A DNA stretch of 64,000 bases. Source: Alphaproteobacteria bacterium. GTDB lineage: Bacteria > Pseudomonadota > Alphaproteobacteria > RF32 > CAG-239. Below are positions 9,435 through 20,289 of the stretch, in pieces. The position numbers were made by a program, and so were the translations under genes. The stretch covers positions 54,933-118,932 of the forward strand of contig JAZUMA010000015.1 in NCBI GenBank assembly GCA_045603405.1, read 5' to 3'. The notes beneath the pieces are model-generated. The model did no database searches. It was not told the DNA's origin and saw nothing but the letters and a program-made list of their open reading frames with translations. Position 1 is the first letter of the stretch; each line of letters opens with the position of its first letter.

Positions 9435-9917
9435 TTAATGCCGCTGAAAGATTTTATGATTTACCGGTCTGTGTTCGTGTTTTTCAATATTTTTCCTATC
9501 TAACGGCTGAGCATGGCTTTGCTTTACATTATCATGCGAAGTTCTGCTTTTATCCGGCCTGTTCTTAGGAACATCATGCGAAGGTCTATCCTTTCTTATC
9601 TCATTCTTATGAACATCATGATGTTTATCATGCTCATGCTTTTTATCTATATGTTTTTTATCTTCATAATGCTTATCATGCACCGGTTTTTTATATTTAT
9701 AGTCAGATTTGTGATGCTTATAATGATGATGCTTCGGTGCCGGCGGACGATGATAATAATCCGTAGCCCATTCATAACTGCCAACCGGATAAAGATCATA
9801 AGAAGAATAGGAATAATAAGAAGAAGAATACAACTCATCATCAGGGACAACAATACATCCGCTCAATCCTGCTCCCACCACAAACAACACAAACAACGTT
9901 TTCACTTTTTTAATCAT
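9435..9917 (-). CDS. His/Lys-rich lipoprotein (signal peptide + LSGC lipobox, Tyr/Ser-rich segment, then long HxxH/DKKH-rich tail)
   Basis: 160 aa MIKKVKTLFVLFVVGAGLSGC...HHHYKHHKSDYKYKKPVHDKHYEDKKHIDKKHEHDKHHDVHKNE...; antisense 151-aa ORF considered spurious. Confidence 0.55.
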   Translation of the reverse strand: MIKKVKTLFVLFVVGAGLSGCIVVPDDELYSSSYYSYSSYDLYPVGSYEWATDYYHRPPAPKHHHYKHHKSDYKYKKPVHDKHYEDKKHIDKKHEHDKHHDVHKNEIRKDRPSHDVPKNRPDKSRTSHDNVKQSHAQPLDRKNIEKHEHRPVNHKIFQRH

Positions 9918-10081
9918 TTCGTACCTCTAAAAAATTATAGCATTTTACGAGCATTATCTGCTATCTGATAAAAAATTCAAGACCAAATAAAATTTTTTCT
10001 ATTCATAACCAAAATTAATAATTTATTTCCTTTTTAAAGTGTACTATAGTACAAAACAATTTTTGAAAGGATAAACTGAAA

Positions 10082-10990
10082 ATGAATGCATTAAAGGCTT
10101 TAAGTTTAGCTGTTATATATTTAGGAATAACCGCTGTCACTGCCGAAGCTACCGGAACATCTTCCATCGTAATAGATGCAAAAAGCGGCAATGTTCTTTA
10201 CTCAAACAATGCAGATGAGCTGAGATATCCGGCCTCATTAACAAAATTAATGACATTATATATCGCTTTTAATGCTTTAGAAAACGGCAAACTGAAATTT
10301 ACCGACAAATTAAAAGTTTCTGCTACAGCCGCTTCTCGTTCTCCATCCAAATTAGGCATGCCTGCCGGCTCATATATCGACGTTAAAACGCTTATTCAAG
10401 CTTTAATTGTTAAATCCGCAAACGACTGCGCTACAGTTTTGGCTGAAGCTTTAAGTCCGTCAGAAACCGAATTTGCTAACTTAATGACCAAAACAGCACA
10501 TCGTTTAGGCATGCACAACACAACTTTCAAAAATGCTTCAGGTCTGCCCAATTCTGCGCAAAAAACAACCGCTAAAGATTTAGCAATTTTGGGCGCTGCA
10601 ATTTATCATCACTTTCCGCAATACTATCACATGTTTTCTCTAACAGAATTTCAATACAATGGAATGACTTATAAAACACACAACTATTTATTAAACGATT
10701 CACTTGGTACAGATGGCATGAAGACCGGCTACACAGCGGCTTCCGGCTTCAACATTCTGACCTCCGCGCAACAAGGAAAATACCGCGTTATTGCTGTAAC
10801 TATGGGACATAAAAAAGTAAAAGAGCGCGATCAGGATATTTCCAAAATGATGGAAATTTCTCTACAACACATGCAAAAAAGTGCTCGCATAAATACAGCA
10901 ACCCTAAAGAATGCAATTAACAACTCTTTAAAAAGTACCAAAACAACAACCGCATATAACCAAACATCAAACAAATACCGTCACCGTTAA
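10082..10990 (+). CDS. dacA: D-alanyl-D-alanine carboxypeptidase (serine-type, PBP5/6 / DacF-like)
   Basis: 302 aa; signal peptide; active-site SLTKLMTLY (SxxK), SAND (SxN) and KTG motifs present in order. Confidence 0.8.
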   Translation: MNALKALSLAVIYLGITAVTAEATGTSSIVIDAKSGNVLYSNNADELRYPASLTKLMTLYIAFNALENGKLKFTDKLKVSATAASRSPSKLGMPAGSYIDVKTLIQALIVKSANDCATVLAEALSPSETEFANLMTKTAHRLGMHNTTFKNASGLPNSAQKTTAKDLAILGAAIYHHFPQYYHMFSLTEFQYNGMTYKTHNYLLNDSLGTDGMKTGYTAASGFNILTSAQQGKYRVIAVTMGHKKVKERDQDISKMMEISLQHMQKSARINTATLKNAINNSLKSTKTTTAYNQTSNKYRHR

Positions 10991-10999
10991 TAAAGAACT

Positions 11000-11665
11000 A
11001 TGTTTATACCTAAAGCACATATTATTGTCATAGATGGCGAAAAAAACTCTGGCCGCAATATGTTATGTTTTGAACTGGCTCTGATTTTGCTGTACAATGC
11101 ACAGCGCACAGCCATTGTTTTAGCCCCCGATTCGCCACTTCGCGAAGTCTTAAAAAAACGCCGTTTAACAATGTCGCAATTACTAACTCCGACAGTAATT
11201 ACTTTTGATGAGTTTTACAATGAAGCTAACAAATATCAGGCGGTCATTATTCCTGAAATATCACCGGAGCATGAGTTATCCGTCACAGCTTCAACATACA
11301 TAACGATTCTTCCCAAAAACAAACCGGCCCTAAATCGTTTTCAAAAAAAACAATACATAAATAATCTTTTCGAGCTGAAAAAGAAAATTGCCGCAACCTA
11401 TAATCATAGCTTAAATTGGATTGTTTGTGAAAATAATTTTAAAACATCACTCGCCGAAGAACCTTCCTTTGAATTACAAAAATTAGCCGGTACTTATGGC
11501 TTTCGCCTTGCCCCGCCCTTAAATTATCGCAAAGCATACAAAAACAATATAAGTGGTATTTCTGCACAAGATAAATCTTTACCGCTTTTACAAAAAGACC
11601 TTTCCTATGAAGACATTTGCGCAAAAAGAGAAATCACAAAACTTGCAGAATTTATTTTCAGCTAA
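11000..11665 (+). CDS. hypothetical protein, possible degenerate ParA/MipZ-like P-loop fold
   Basis: 221 aa; N-terminus HIIVIDGEKNSGRNM resembles deviant Walker A (xIxVxxxEKGGxGKS) but lacks the Lys; otherwise unrecognised. Confidence 0.45.
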   Translation: MFIPKAHIIVIDGEKNSGRNMLCFELALILLYNAQRTAIVLAPDSPLREVLKKRRLTMSQLLTPTVITFDEFYNEANKYQAVIIPEISPEHELSVTASTYITILPKNKPALNRFQKKQYINNLFELKKKIAATYNHSLNWIVCENNFKTSLAEEPSFELQKLAGTYGFRLAPPLNYRKAYKNNISGISAQDKSLPLLQKDLSYEDICAKREITKLAEFIFS

Positions 11666-11732
11666 TAAATAATCTTTACATCAAACACTTTTTGTTTTAT
11701 GCTCGCTATAAACTTTCGTTATAGAGGAAAAA

Positions 11733-13352
11733 ATGATTAATATTATTCAAACAACACCCTACACAGATCAAAAGATGGGAACGGCCGGTTTAAGAAAAAA
11801 AACAACCGATATAATGCAAGAAAACTATCTTGAAAATTTTATGCAAAGCATTTTCAACACCATAGAAAATCTTGAGCAAAAATCTTTTTTAGTCGGCGGT
11901 GACGGCAGATATTATAATTCTATCGCTATTCAAAAAATCATCAAAATAGCCGCAGCCAACCATGTCAAAAAGCTCTATATCGGTCAAAACGGCTTAGTTT
12001 CAACCCCAGCCGGTTCACACATTATTTTAAAAAATCATCTTGACGGTGCTTTTATTCTTTCCGCTTCACACAACCCAGGCGGCATAAATGGTGACTTCGG
12101 CATCAAATATGCTAACGCCACCGGTGGTCAATGCCAACCAAATGAAAGTGCCGCAATCTATAAACAAACAAAAAATATCACAACTTACAAAATAGCAGAT
12201 TGTTCTGATTTTGATTTATCCGCACTAAAAACTTTTCATTGCGAAAAAACGGAAATAGAAATCATTGATCCTTACATTGATTACATCCGCTTAATGCAAA
12301 GCATTTTTGATTTCGATAAAATAAAAAAACTTTTAACATCAGATTTCAAATTTATCTTTGATGCAATGAATGGTGTAACTGGTCCTTATGCCATCAAAAT
12401 CTTTGAAGAAATTTTAGGCGCACCCAAAGGCACTGTACATAACGGAATTCCTTTAGAAGATTTTGGCGGTCTGCATCCGGATCCGAACTTGATTTATGCA
12501 AAACATTTAGTTGATTTGATGTATTCCGAAAAGGCTGCTGATTTTGCTGCTGCCAACGATGGTGACGGTGACCGCAATATGATTTTAGGTAAACACTTTT
12601 TCGTCAGTCCGAGTGATTGTTTAGCCATTTTAACCGATAATTATAAGCTTATTCCCGCCTATAAAAACGGCATTTATGGTGTTGCCAAATCAGCTGCAAC
12701 TTCTTTAGCGGTTAAACATGTCGCAGAAGCTTTAAATATCGGCTATTATGAAGTCCCGACCGGTTGGAAATATTTTATTCATTTAATGGATTCCAATCGC
12801 ATCACTTTCTGCGGAGAAGAAAGCTTTGGAGCGGGTGCTTCATACATTCGTGAAAAAGATGGTATTTGGGCCACGCTGTTTTGGTTAAGCATCATTGCCG
12901 AAACAAAAAAGTCCGTAAAGCAAATAGCATTAAGTCACTGGCAAAAATACGGACGCAACTACTATCTGCGCAACGATTATGAAAACATTCCGCAAGATAT
13001 TGCCGATAAACTGATGAGTGATTTAGAAAAAAAACTTCCCTCCTTAATTGGTCAAACATTCAAAGGTTTTACTGTTTCTGATGCCTATCCTTTCATTTAT
13101 AATGATCCCGTAGATAAAACCTCCACTCAAAACGGTTTAATTGTCCACTTTTCAGATGGCTCCCGCATCGTTTACCGCTTATCTGGAACCGGTACAAACG
13201 GAGCAACATTACGCACTTATATCGAGCGTTATATCACAAACGATTTACTTGCCGAACCAAATAGCATATTAAAAGAATTAAGCGATGTATCCCGCGAAAT
13301 ATCTGATGTGTATTCCCGTACCGGCAAAATAAAACCGGATATTATAACATAA
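11733..13352 (+). CDS. pgm: phosphoglucomutase (alpha-D-phosphohexomutase family, PGM1-like)
   Basis: 539 aa; GTAGLRKKT substrate/Ser-loop region, SASHNPGG phosphoserine loop, DGDGDR metal-binding loop, GEESFG sugar-binding motif. Confidence 0.85.
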   Translation: MINIIQTTPYTDQKMGTAGLRKKTTDIMQENYLENFMQSIFNTIENLEQKSFLVGGDGRYYNSIAIQKIIKIAAANHVKKLYIGQNGLVSTPAGSHIILKNHLDGAFILSASHNPGGINGDFGIKYANATGGQCQPNESAAIYKQTKNITTYKIADCSDFDLSALKTFHCEKTEIEIIDPYIDYIRLMQSIFDFDKIKKLLTSDFKFIFDAMNGVTGPYAIKIFEEILGAPKGTVHNGIPLEDFGGLHPDPNLIYAKHLVDLMYSEKAADFAAANDGDGDRNMILGKHFFVSPSDCLAILTDNYKLIPAYKNGIYGVAKSAATSLAVKHVAEALNIGYYEVPTGWKYFIHLMDSNRITFCGEESFGAGASYIREKDGIWATLFWLSIIAETKKSVKQIALSHWQKYGRNYYLRNDYENIPQDIADKLMSDLEKKLPSLIGQTFKGFTVSDAYPFIYNDPVDKTSTQNGLIVHFSDGSRIVYRLSGTGTNGATLRTYIERYITNDLLAEPNSILKELSDVSREISDVYSRTGKIKPDIIT

Positions 13353-13367
13353 AATAAGGAACAGCCC

Positions 13368-16019
13368 ATGTTTAAAAATGACCAAAATGTCAGACCGGAT
13401 AAAATTTTAGAAACACGTTTGTTGTTATTGGTTGTTATGTTAACTTTAACAATCATAAGCATCGGTTTTCTTTTTGCTTATCCTACATTCTTACGCCCGA
13501 TAGTTTTAGCCATTTTTATTTTTATAATTTTATGCATCTTTATCACCATTAGCATACTGCAATCCGGAGAAACAGCCATTTTATACGGTGGCCTGGCTAA
13601 TGAAATACTAAAAAGCCGTAAAATCTGCTATATCATCACAAACACTGATGGCAAAACAATTTTACAAAACGAAACGGCAAAAACATTTTTAAAAGATATT
13701 CCTGTCCTGGAATTTTTAGAAAAAAACATTGTCGAAGATGATACCAACTCGCAAAAACTCAAGCAACTGCAAATTGCCGGCAATCATTTCAAAGCTGACA
13801 CATTAGAAATCGCTCTTAAATTTGATACATCAACTATTTTTTCCGGTGCTGAATGGTATCGCATAGGTCTGCGTCCGATAACCTTAAAACAAAAAATCAA
13901 TGAGTCTGAAAAAGTATCAGAATTTGATAAAAAATATAATATGTACCTGCTCTGGAGCCTGGAAAACATTACTTCAGAAAAAACACTTGATGCTATTTTT
14001 CAAGAAGAACGTTGCGCCTTTTATAATTTCCTAAACTTCTTACCGATAGGCCTGTTTTTACTAAATTCGAAAGGCAAAATAGAATATATCAATAAGACTT
14101 TAAGTTTAATTCTTAATAAACCGGAAGAAGAACTTTTAGGCAAAGATATAAACTACTTTTTACCCAAAACAACTGCCGGAGAACAACGCTATAATAACGC
14201 CTATACCCAATACTTAACCTATATCAGGGACAATACCGGCAACATTGCGGAATACTTAGTAAAAGTAGATAACTTTAAGCAAGGTGATGAAATACAAACC
14301 AGAGGCATTGTCATCAGTCACATACCAACCAACACCACCTTAAAACAAGACTATGAAAAAGCAGTCTCGGAAATGAGCAGTATTTTCGATTTATCCCCGT
14401 TTGGCATGATGCTCCTTGATTTAGATTTAATTATCAAGCGCACCAATCAACGTTTTATGGATATTTTAGGTGTTCCATCTGCTTCGCAACTACTTAATAA
14501 CTATTTGGCAAATTATTTGGATAAAGAAAGTATTGCCAAGATTAAAAAACAACTGAATACCTTTACTGCCGAAAATGAAAAACTCCAACCGGCTTATTTT
14601 GACTTAAACATAAAAAATAAAAATAAAAGCAAAATTCTTCGCCTATACATATGCCCGCTGTTTTCATCGACTGTCCCGTTAAAAGAAAACATCAAAGGCA
14701 TTGTATTATTCTGCTTAGATACAACCGAACAAAAGAATCTAGAAACCCAATTTGCGCAAGCTCAAAAAATGCAGGCGATGGGGCAAGTAGCCGGTGGTAT
14801 TGCACATGATTTCAACAATATTCTTACCGCTATGATTGGTTTTTGTGACCTACTTTTGCAACGCCACCGCTTAGGTGATGCATCATACGCCGATATTATG
14901 CAAATAAAGCAAAATGCTATTTGTGCTGCCGAGCTTGTCCGCCAATTATTACAATTTTCTCGCCAACAACCTTTACAACCAAAACTAAACAGTATTACCG
15001 ATATTTTAGTCACCTTTACCCCGCTTCTCAAACGTACGGTCGGCGAGCAAATAGAATTAAAATTCCGCCACGGTGAAAACTTGGATTACATCAAAGTTGA
15101 TACTGTTCAATTTTTACAGGTTATTTTAAACCTCTGTGTTAATGCTAAAGATGCAATGAACAAAAAAGGTACATTAACCATCTCTACCCAAAAAGAAACC
15201 CTGTTAGAACCATATCATTTCGGTGCAGAAGTTATTGAAAGCGGCAAATTCATCCGTTTAGATATCAGCGACACGGGTTGTGGCATTCCTCTTGAAAACA
15301 TGTCTCGCATTTTTGAACCATTCTTTTCTACCAAACAAAATGTAGTCGGCTCCGGTACAGGTTTAGGTCTGGCAACAGTATATGGCATTGTTCGACAAAT
15401 GGAAGGCTTCATAAAAGTTAAAAGCACTATCAATGTTGGCACCACATTCTCTATCTATCTTCCGGCATATTCTGCTAAAAGCGTTGAAAAAAAGGATGAT
15501 GAAACAACTATTCGTCGCACCTTAAATGATAAACGCGGTCGTGCTGTTTTAACTCCGGATATACTATCATCTCCTCAAAAAGATTCTAATAAACTGGTTT
15601 TAGGTTTAAGCTTATCTGCAACTGATGATTTAACACAAACCCCTGAGAACATTGAAAGCACACGCATTTTATTTGTTGATGATGAAAATTCCGTTCGCAC
15701 TTTTGCATTACGCGCACTTCGTAAAAAAGGTTACGACGTTGTTGGTGCAAGTTCAGCAGAAAATGCTCTGGAAATTTTACAAACAGATACAAATTTCCAA
15801 CTAATGATAACCGATATGGTTATGCCCGGTCAGAACGGTATTGAACTCTCTAAACAAGTTCAAAAAATAATACCTGATATTAAAATCATTTTAGCTTCAG
15901 GCTATTCGGAAGACATCTTAAAAGGAGAATTTGCTGAAATAGAAAACATGTCATTTATTCCCAAACCGTTCAGTTTAAGCGATTTAACTCAAAAAGTTTA
16001 TGAGGTCATACAAAGCTGA
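13368..16019 (+). CDS. cckA: hybrid sensor histidine kinase/response regulator, CckA-like (2 TM, PAS region, HisKA, HATPase_c, C-terminal receiver)
   Basis: 883 aa; H-box GGIAHDFNNILTAMIGFCDLLL very close to CckA; G1/G2 boxes (DTGCGIP, GSGTGLGL); receiver with ILFVDDE...D...K; sits with ctrA and hda in same window. Confidence 0.7.
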   Translation: MFKNDQNVRPDKILETRLLLLVVMLTLTIISIGFLFAYPTFLRPIVLAIFIFIILCIFITISILQSGETAILYGGLANEILKSRKICYIITNTDGKTILQNETAKTFLKDIPVLEFLEKNIVEDDTNSQKLKQLQIAGNHFKADTLEIALKFDTSTIFSGAEWYRIGLRPITLKQKINESEKVSEFDKKYNMYLLWSLENITSEKTLDAIFQEERCAFYNFLNFLPIGLFLLNSKGKIEYINKTLSLILNKPEEELLGKDINYFLPKTTAGEQRYNNAYTQYLTYIRDNTGNIAEYLVKVDNFKQGDEIQTRGIVISHIPTNTTLKQDYEKAVSEMSSIFDLSPFGMMLLDLDLIIKRTNQRFMDILGVPSASQLLNNYLANYLDKESIAKIKKQLNTFTAENEKLQPAYFDLNIKNKNKSKILRLYICPLFSSTVPLKENIKGIVLFCLDTTEQKNLETQFAQAQKMQAMGQVAGGIAHDFNNILTAMIGFCDLLLQRHRLGDASYADIMQIKQNAICAAELVRQLLQFSRQQPLQPKLNSITDILVTFTPLLKRTVGEQIELKFRHGENLDYIKVDTVQFLQVILNLCVNAKDAMNKKGTLTISTQKETLLEPYHFGAEVIESGKFIRLDISDTGCGIPLENMSRIFEPFFSTKQNVVGSGTGLGLATVYGIVRQMEGFIKVKSTINVGTTFSIYLPAYSAKSVEKKDDETTIRRTLNDKRGRAVLTPDILSSPQKDSNKLVLGLSLSATDDLTQTPENIESTRILFVDDENSVRTFALRALRKKGYDVVGASSAENALEILQTDTNFQLMITDMVMPGQNGIELSKQVQKIIPDIKIILASGYSEDILKGEFAEIENMSFIPKPFSLSDLTQKVYEVIQS

Positions 16020-16756
16020 TGCAGTCATTTTATAACGACAGAACCAAACAATATTTGCTGCATTTCAACGCCAATTCTTATCTTGGTGAAGAAGATTTTT
16101 TAGTAACTTCGTGTAATGAAATTGCTTACAATGCCATTAAAATGTGGCCAAACTGGCAACACTTTGCCCTAAACATTTTTGGTCCGCGCAATTGCGGCAA
16201 ATCACACTTAGCCCATATTTGGGTAAGCTCTGTACAAAAGAGCCTCCCCAAACCGATAGATATTCCGATTTTACAAGCCGCAAATATTAATATGAAAAAT
16301 GTCAACAAATTCATCAACAATTATAACTATTTGGTAATAGAAAATCTTTCGACTGAAATCAATGAAGAAGCGCTTTTCCATTTATACAATGCTTACAATA
16401 CAGACAAACATTTTATCTTATTTAATTCAGAAATACCGCTTTCCAAAATCCCTTTTAAATTACCGGATTTACGCTCCAGATTAAATACTATTCCGTCGGC
16501 AGAAATTTCTATGCCTGACGATGAAACTTTAACCGCCTTAATCGCCAAACAATTTAACGATCGGCAAATTATAATTTCACAAGAAATTTTAGATTATATC
16601 TTAAAAAATGCCGAACGTTCTTTTGAATACATTTCTCGCCTTGTTGAAGAAATAGACGCTATTTCTTGGGTTTATGGTCGCGCTGTTTCAATACCGATTG
16701 TTCGTGAAGCCCTTAAAAACTTAAACAAAAATCAACAGTTGGATTTATTTATATGA
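16019..16756 (+). CDS. hda: DnaA-related regulatory inactivator Hda/HdaA
   Basis: 245 aa; P-loop GPRNCGKSHLAHIW, DLRSRL sensor motif typical of DnaA domain III/Hda; start ATG overlaps cckA TGA (TGATG). Confidence 0.7.
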   Translation: MQSFYNDRTKQYLLHFNANSYLGEEDFLVTSCNEIAYNAIKMWPNWQHFALNIFGPRNCGKSHLAHIWVSSVQKSLPKPIDIPILQAANINMKNVNKFINNYNYLVIENLSTEINEEALFHLYNAYNTDKHFILFNSEIPLSKIPFKLPDLRSRLNTIPSAEISMPDDETLTALIAKQFNDRQIIISQEILDYILKNAERSFEYISRLVEEIDAISWVYGRAVSIPIVREALKNLNKNQQLDLFI

Positions 16757-17655
16757 GTTCGCACTATAATCAAAATATTAACGGCTGGGTTATACTTGAT
16801 AAACCGCAAGGAATAAGCTCCAATCAAGCTTTACGCAAAGTTCAATATCTCCTTCATGCAAAAAAAGCCGGTCATATCGGCACCTTAGACCCGTTTGCAA
16901 CCGGTGTTTTACCTTTAGCCTTCGGCGAAGCAACCAAATTAATTCCCTATTTGGAAGGAACACAAAAAACCTACGAATTCACACTTAAATTCGGTCAAGA
17001 AACAAATACGGATGATACAGAAGGTGAAATAATAAAAACCTCAAACATCATCCCGACAAAAGAACAAATTGAAGCAGTTATCCCTACTTTTATCGGTGAA
17101 ATTTCTCAAATTCCGCCCAAATATTCCGCTATTCATATCAATGGCGAACGTGCTTACAATTTAGCCAGACAGGGCAAAGATTTTACTATTCCTGCTCGAC
17201 AAATAACCATTCATAATCTGGAGTTACTATCATATAATGCCAAACAAAAAACCGCCTTTATGCGTGTTACTTGCTCCAAAGGAACTTATGTACGAACGCT
17301 GGGTCACGATATTGCATCAAAACTCAATACCTGTGGGCATTTAACCTCTCTTCGTCGCACAAAAAACGGATTTTTTGATACATCAAACACGATTTTACTG
17401 GATTTAAAAAAAAATATCTTGTATAACTCCTCTGGAGATTTTTTCGTTTTACCTGTTGAAACATTTCTGTGCGACATCACGGTTATCGCTTTAACGGAAG
17501 ACGAAACTCTTAAGCTTAAAAGTGGGCAAGCTATTGATTCTAAACGTTTTAACATACAATCAAGCATCAATGCCACCTGCTATCAAAATAAGCTTATCGC
17601 CCTGGTCGAACACAAAGATAACACTTTAAAACCGATTCGGGTATTTAATCATTAA
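16753..17655 (+). CDS. truB: tRNA pseudouridine(55) synthase
   Basis: 300 aa; GxxxxDKPxGxSS...HxGTLDPxAxGVLxL catalytic-Asp motif; ATGA overlap with hda; upstream of rpsO-pnp as in many bacteria. Confidence 0.9.
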   Translation: MSSHYNQNINGWVILDKPQGISSNQALRKVQYLLHAKKAGHIGTLDPFATGVLPLAFGEATKLIPYLEGTQKTYEFTLKFGQETNTDDTEGEIIKTSNIIPTKEQIEAVIPTFIGEISQIPPKYSAIHINGERAYNLARQGKDFTIPARQITIHNLELLSYNAKQKTAFMRVTCSKGTYVRTLGHDIASKLNTCGHLTSLRRTKNGFFDTSNTILLDLKKNILYNSSGDFFVLPVETFLCDITVIALTEDETLKLKSGQAIDSKRFNIQSSINATCYQNKLIALVEHKDNTLKPIRVFNH

Positions 17656-17678
17656 TTTAGTAAAAAAAGGAAAAACAG

Positions 17679-17948
17679 ATGTCGATTACAAATGAAAAGA
17701 AACAAGAAATTATTGCTCAATTTGGCACAAAACCTGGTGATACCGGTTCTCCGGAAGTTCAAATAGCTATTTGGACACACCGCATTAACGCGTTGATTGA
17801 ACACTTCAACACACATCACAAAGACCTTCACTCACGTTTAGGTTTAATGAAAATGGTTTCGCGCCGCCGTCACTTGCTTGACCACTTAAAAACAACAAGT
17901 GAAGAAAGATATCAAACATTGATTAAAAAGCTAGATTTGCGTAAGTAA
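17679..17948 (+). CDS. rpsO: 30S ribosomal protein S15
   Basis: 89 aa, [51 protein letters not shown] is canonical S15. Confidence 0.95.
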   Translation: MSITNEKKQEIIAQFGTKPGDTGSPEVQIAIWTHRINALIEHFNTHHKDLHSRLGLMKMVSRRRHLLDHLKTTSEERYQTLIKKLDLRK

Positions 17949-17960
17949 TGTTTGAACTAA

Positions 17961-18014
17961 TAGCGGAGCAATGGGGCTCCGCTATTAAAAAATCCTGACA
18001 GATTGTTTGTCAGG
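17961..18014 (+). terminator. two stem-loops in rpsO-pnp intergenic region (rpsO terminator/attenuator and pnp leader hairpin, RNase III-type autoregulatory region by analogy)
   Basis: tagcggagc-aatgg-ggctccgcta (17961-17985) and cctgacag-attgttt-gtcagg (17994-18014) read directly; weak U-tracts. Confidence 0.35.
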
Positions 18015-18045
18015 TGAGGTTTATTAGAAGGAAAGGTAAAAAAAT

Positions 18046-20160
18046 ATGGTTAATTGGAACGTATGCCGCAAAGAAATGGAATGGGGCGGCCGTAAATTAG
18101 TTTTAGAAACAGGCAAAATTGCCAAACAAGCTACAGGTGCTGTATATGCAAGCTACGGAGACACAGTTGTTGTTGCCACGGTTTGTGCAGCTAAAGAAGT
18201 AAAAGCAGACCAAGATTTTTTCCCTTTAACTGTCAACTATCAGGAAAAGTATTATGCTACCGGTAAAATCCCCGGTGGTTTTATGAAGCGTGAAGGCAAG
18301 CCTTCCGAACACGAAGTATTGCTCTCTCGCTTAATAGACAGGCCAATTCGTCCGCTATTTCCTGATGCGTTCAAAAATGAAGTACAAATTGTCTGCACCA
18401 CTGTTGCTCATGACAAAAAAACTGATTCCGATATATTAGCCATGGTCGCAGCATCTGCTGCCTTAGCTGTTTCCGGTATTCCGTTTTTAGGGCCGATCGG
18501 TGCGGCAAAAGTTGGTTACATTAATGGCCAATACGTTTTGAACCCGACAATTGAAGAGTTAAAAAATTCTGAACTGGATTTAACTGTTGCCGGTACTAAA
18601 GAAGGTGTTTTGATGGTAGAATCAGAAGCCAATGAATTACCGGAAGATACAATGTTAAATGCGGTTATGTTTGGTTTTGATAACTTCCAAAAAGTAATAG
18701 ATATGATTAACGAGCTAAAGGCTGAAGCCGGTAAAGAACCTTGGGAAACCCCGTCTTTTCCGCCGGAGTTTGATGCACTTTACACTCGTATAGAAAAAGA
18801 TTTTCGCTCTAAATATGAAGAAGCTTTTAATGAGATTGATAAACAAACTCGTGTTACTCGTTTAGGACAGTTAGCAGAAGAAGTCAATGCTACCATTGAT
18901 CCTGAAAATGAAATTGAAGTTCGTTATTCCTTAGATGCGATAGAAAAGTTAATGCACTCTGTAATGCGTGAAAAAGTATTGACCACAGGCAAGCGCATTG
19001 ACGGACGTGATACCAAAACAGTTCGTCCGATTACTTGTGAAGTAGGTTTATTACCGACAACACATGGTTCGGCATTATTTACCCGTGGTGAAACACAGGC
19101 TTTTGTTGTAACCACATTAGGTACGGCAGATGATGCCCAAATTGTTGACGGTTTAATGGATGAAGCCCGTCAGGAATTTATGTTAAATTATAACTTCCCA
19201 CCGTTTTCAACCGGTGAATGCGGACGTTTAGGTTCTCCTGGTCGTCGTGAAATCGGTCATGGTAAATTGGCATGGCGTGCTATTCATCCGATGATGCCGA
19301 AAGATAAGTCAGTATTCCCATACACTGTACGCGTTGTTTCCGACATTATGGAATCAAACGGTTCTTCTTCAATGGCAACCGTTTGCGGTTCCGTTTTATC
19401 ATTAATGGATGCCGGTGTTCCGTTGAAAAAGCCTGTTGCCGGTATTGCTATGGGCTTAATCAAAGAAGATGACGGCCGTGTTGCAATTTTAACCGATATC
19501 TTAGGTGATGAAGATCACTTAGGCGATATGGATTTCAAAGTAGCCGGTTCGGCAGAAGGCGTTACCGCTTTACAAATGGATATCAAGATTACCTCCATTA
19601 CCAAAGAGATTATGCACCAAGCTTTAATTCAGGCTCATGAAGGTCGTATTCATATTTTAGGTGAAATGGCAAAAGCTTTAGCCGCTCCGCGCGCCGAGAT
19701 TTCTCCGCGTGCTCCTCGCATTATTTCTATCAAAATTCCGGTAGATAAAATTCGTGAAGTTATCGGTACTGGTGGTAAAGTTATTCGTGACATTATTGAA
19801 AAGACTAACACCAAGATAGATATTGATGATGATGGCACAGTTAATGTTGCCGCTATTGATAAAAAGGATGCTGACGCAGCCTTAGAAATTATCAACGGCA
19901 TTGTTGCTGTTCCGGAAGAAGGCAAAAACTATCATGGTGTCATTACCAAGATTATGGATTTTGGTGCTTTCGTACGTTTCTTAGGTTCAACCGAAGGTTT
20001 GGTTCACATTTCAGAAGTTAAAAACGAGCGCATTGCTTCCGTTTGTGATTTCTATAAAGAAGGTGACAGCATTTGGGTTAAGTGCCTTGGCACAGACAAC
20101 CGTGGCAAGATTAAACTTTCTGCCAAACGCGTTAACCAAGAAACCGGTGAAGACGCTTAA
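18046..20160 (+). CDS. pnp: polyribonucleotide nucleotidyltransferase (PNPase)
   Basis: 704 aa; [34 protein letters not shown]-terminus, two RNase PH domains, KH and S1 C-terminus. Confidence 0.95.
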   Translation: MVNWNVCRKEMEWGGRKLVLETGKIAKQATGAVYASYGDTVVVATVCAAKEVKADQDFFPLTVNYQEKYYATGKIPGGFMKREGKPSEHEVLLSRLIDRPIRPLFPDAFKNEVQIVCTTVAHDKKTDSDILAMVAASAALAVSGIPFLGPIGAAKVGYINGQYVLNPTIEELKNSELDLTVAGTKEGVLMVESEANELPEDTMLNAVMFGFDNFQKVIDMINELKAEAGKEPWETPSFPPEFDALYTRIEKDFRSKYEEAFNEIDKQTRVTRLGQLAEEVNATIDPENEIEVRYSLDAIEKLMHSVMREKVLTTGKRIDGRDTKTVRPITCEVGLLPTTHGSALFTRGETQAFVVTTLGTADDAQIVDGLMDEARQEFMLNYNFPPFSTGECGRLGSPGRREIGHGKLAWRAIHPMMPKDKSVFPYTVRVVSDIMESNGSSSMATVCGSVLSLMDAGVPLKKPVAGIAMGLIKEDDGRVAILTDILGDEDHLGDMDFKVAGSAEGVTALQMDIKITSITKEIMHQALIQAHEGRIHILGEMAKALAAPRAEISPRAPRIISIKIPVDKIREVIGTGGKVIRDIIEKTNTKIDIDDDGTVNVAAIDKKDADAALEIINGIVAVPEEGKNYHGVITKIMDFGAFVRFLGSTEGLVHISEVKNERIASVCDFYKEGDSIWVKCLGTDNRGKIKLSAKRVNQETGEDA

Positions 20161-20226
20161 ATCTATGCGTCATGCTGAACTTGTTTCAGCATCTATTCAT
20201 GATGCAATACAGAAACATAGAAAAAG

Positions 20227-20257
20227 CAGGCACTCCCATGGGTGCCTGATTTTTTTA
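20227..20257 (+). terminator. rho-independent terminator of pnp
   Basis: caggcac-tcccatgg-gtgcctg followed by atttttttac. Confidence 0.65.
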
Positions 20258-20289
20258 CTATAATCTAGTATTGAGATTACTCACCATTA

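Noticed and set aside
9513-9968. 151-aa Met/Ile/Phe-rich ORF antisense to the His-rich lipoprotein
   Set aside because: Mirror-image low-complexity reading of the His/Lys codon repeats; the minus-strand ORF has signal peptide and lipobox.
20033-20263. 76-aa ORF overlapping the pnp 3' end and terminator
   Set aside because: Out-of-frame overlap with pnp and runs through the terminator hairpin.
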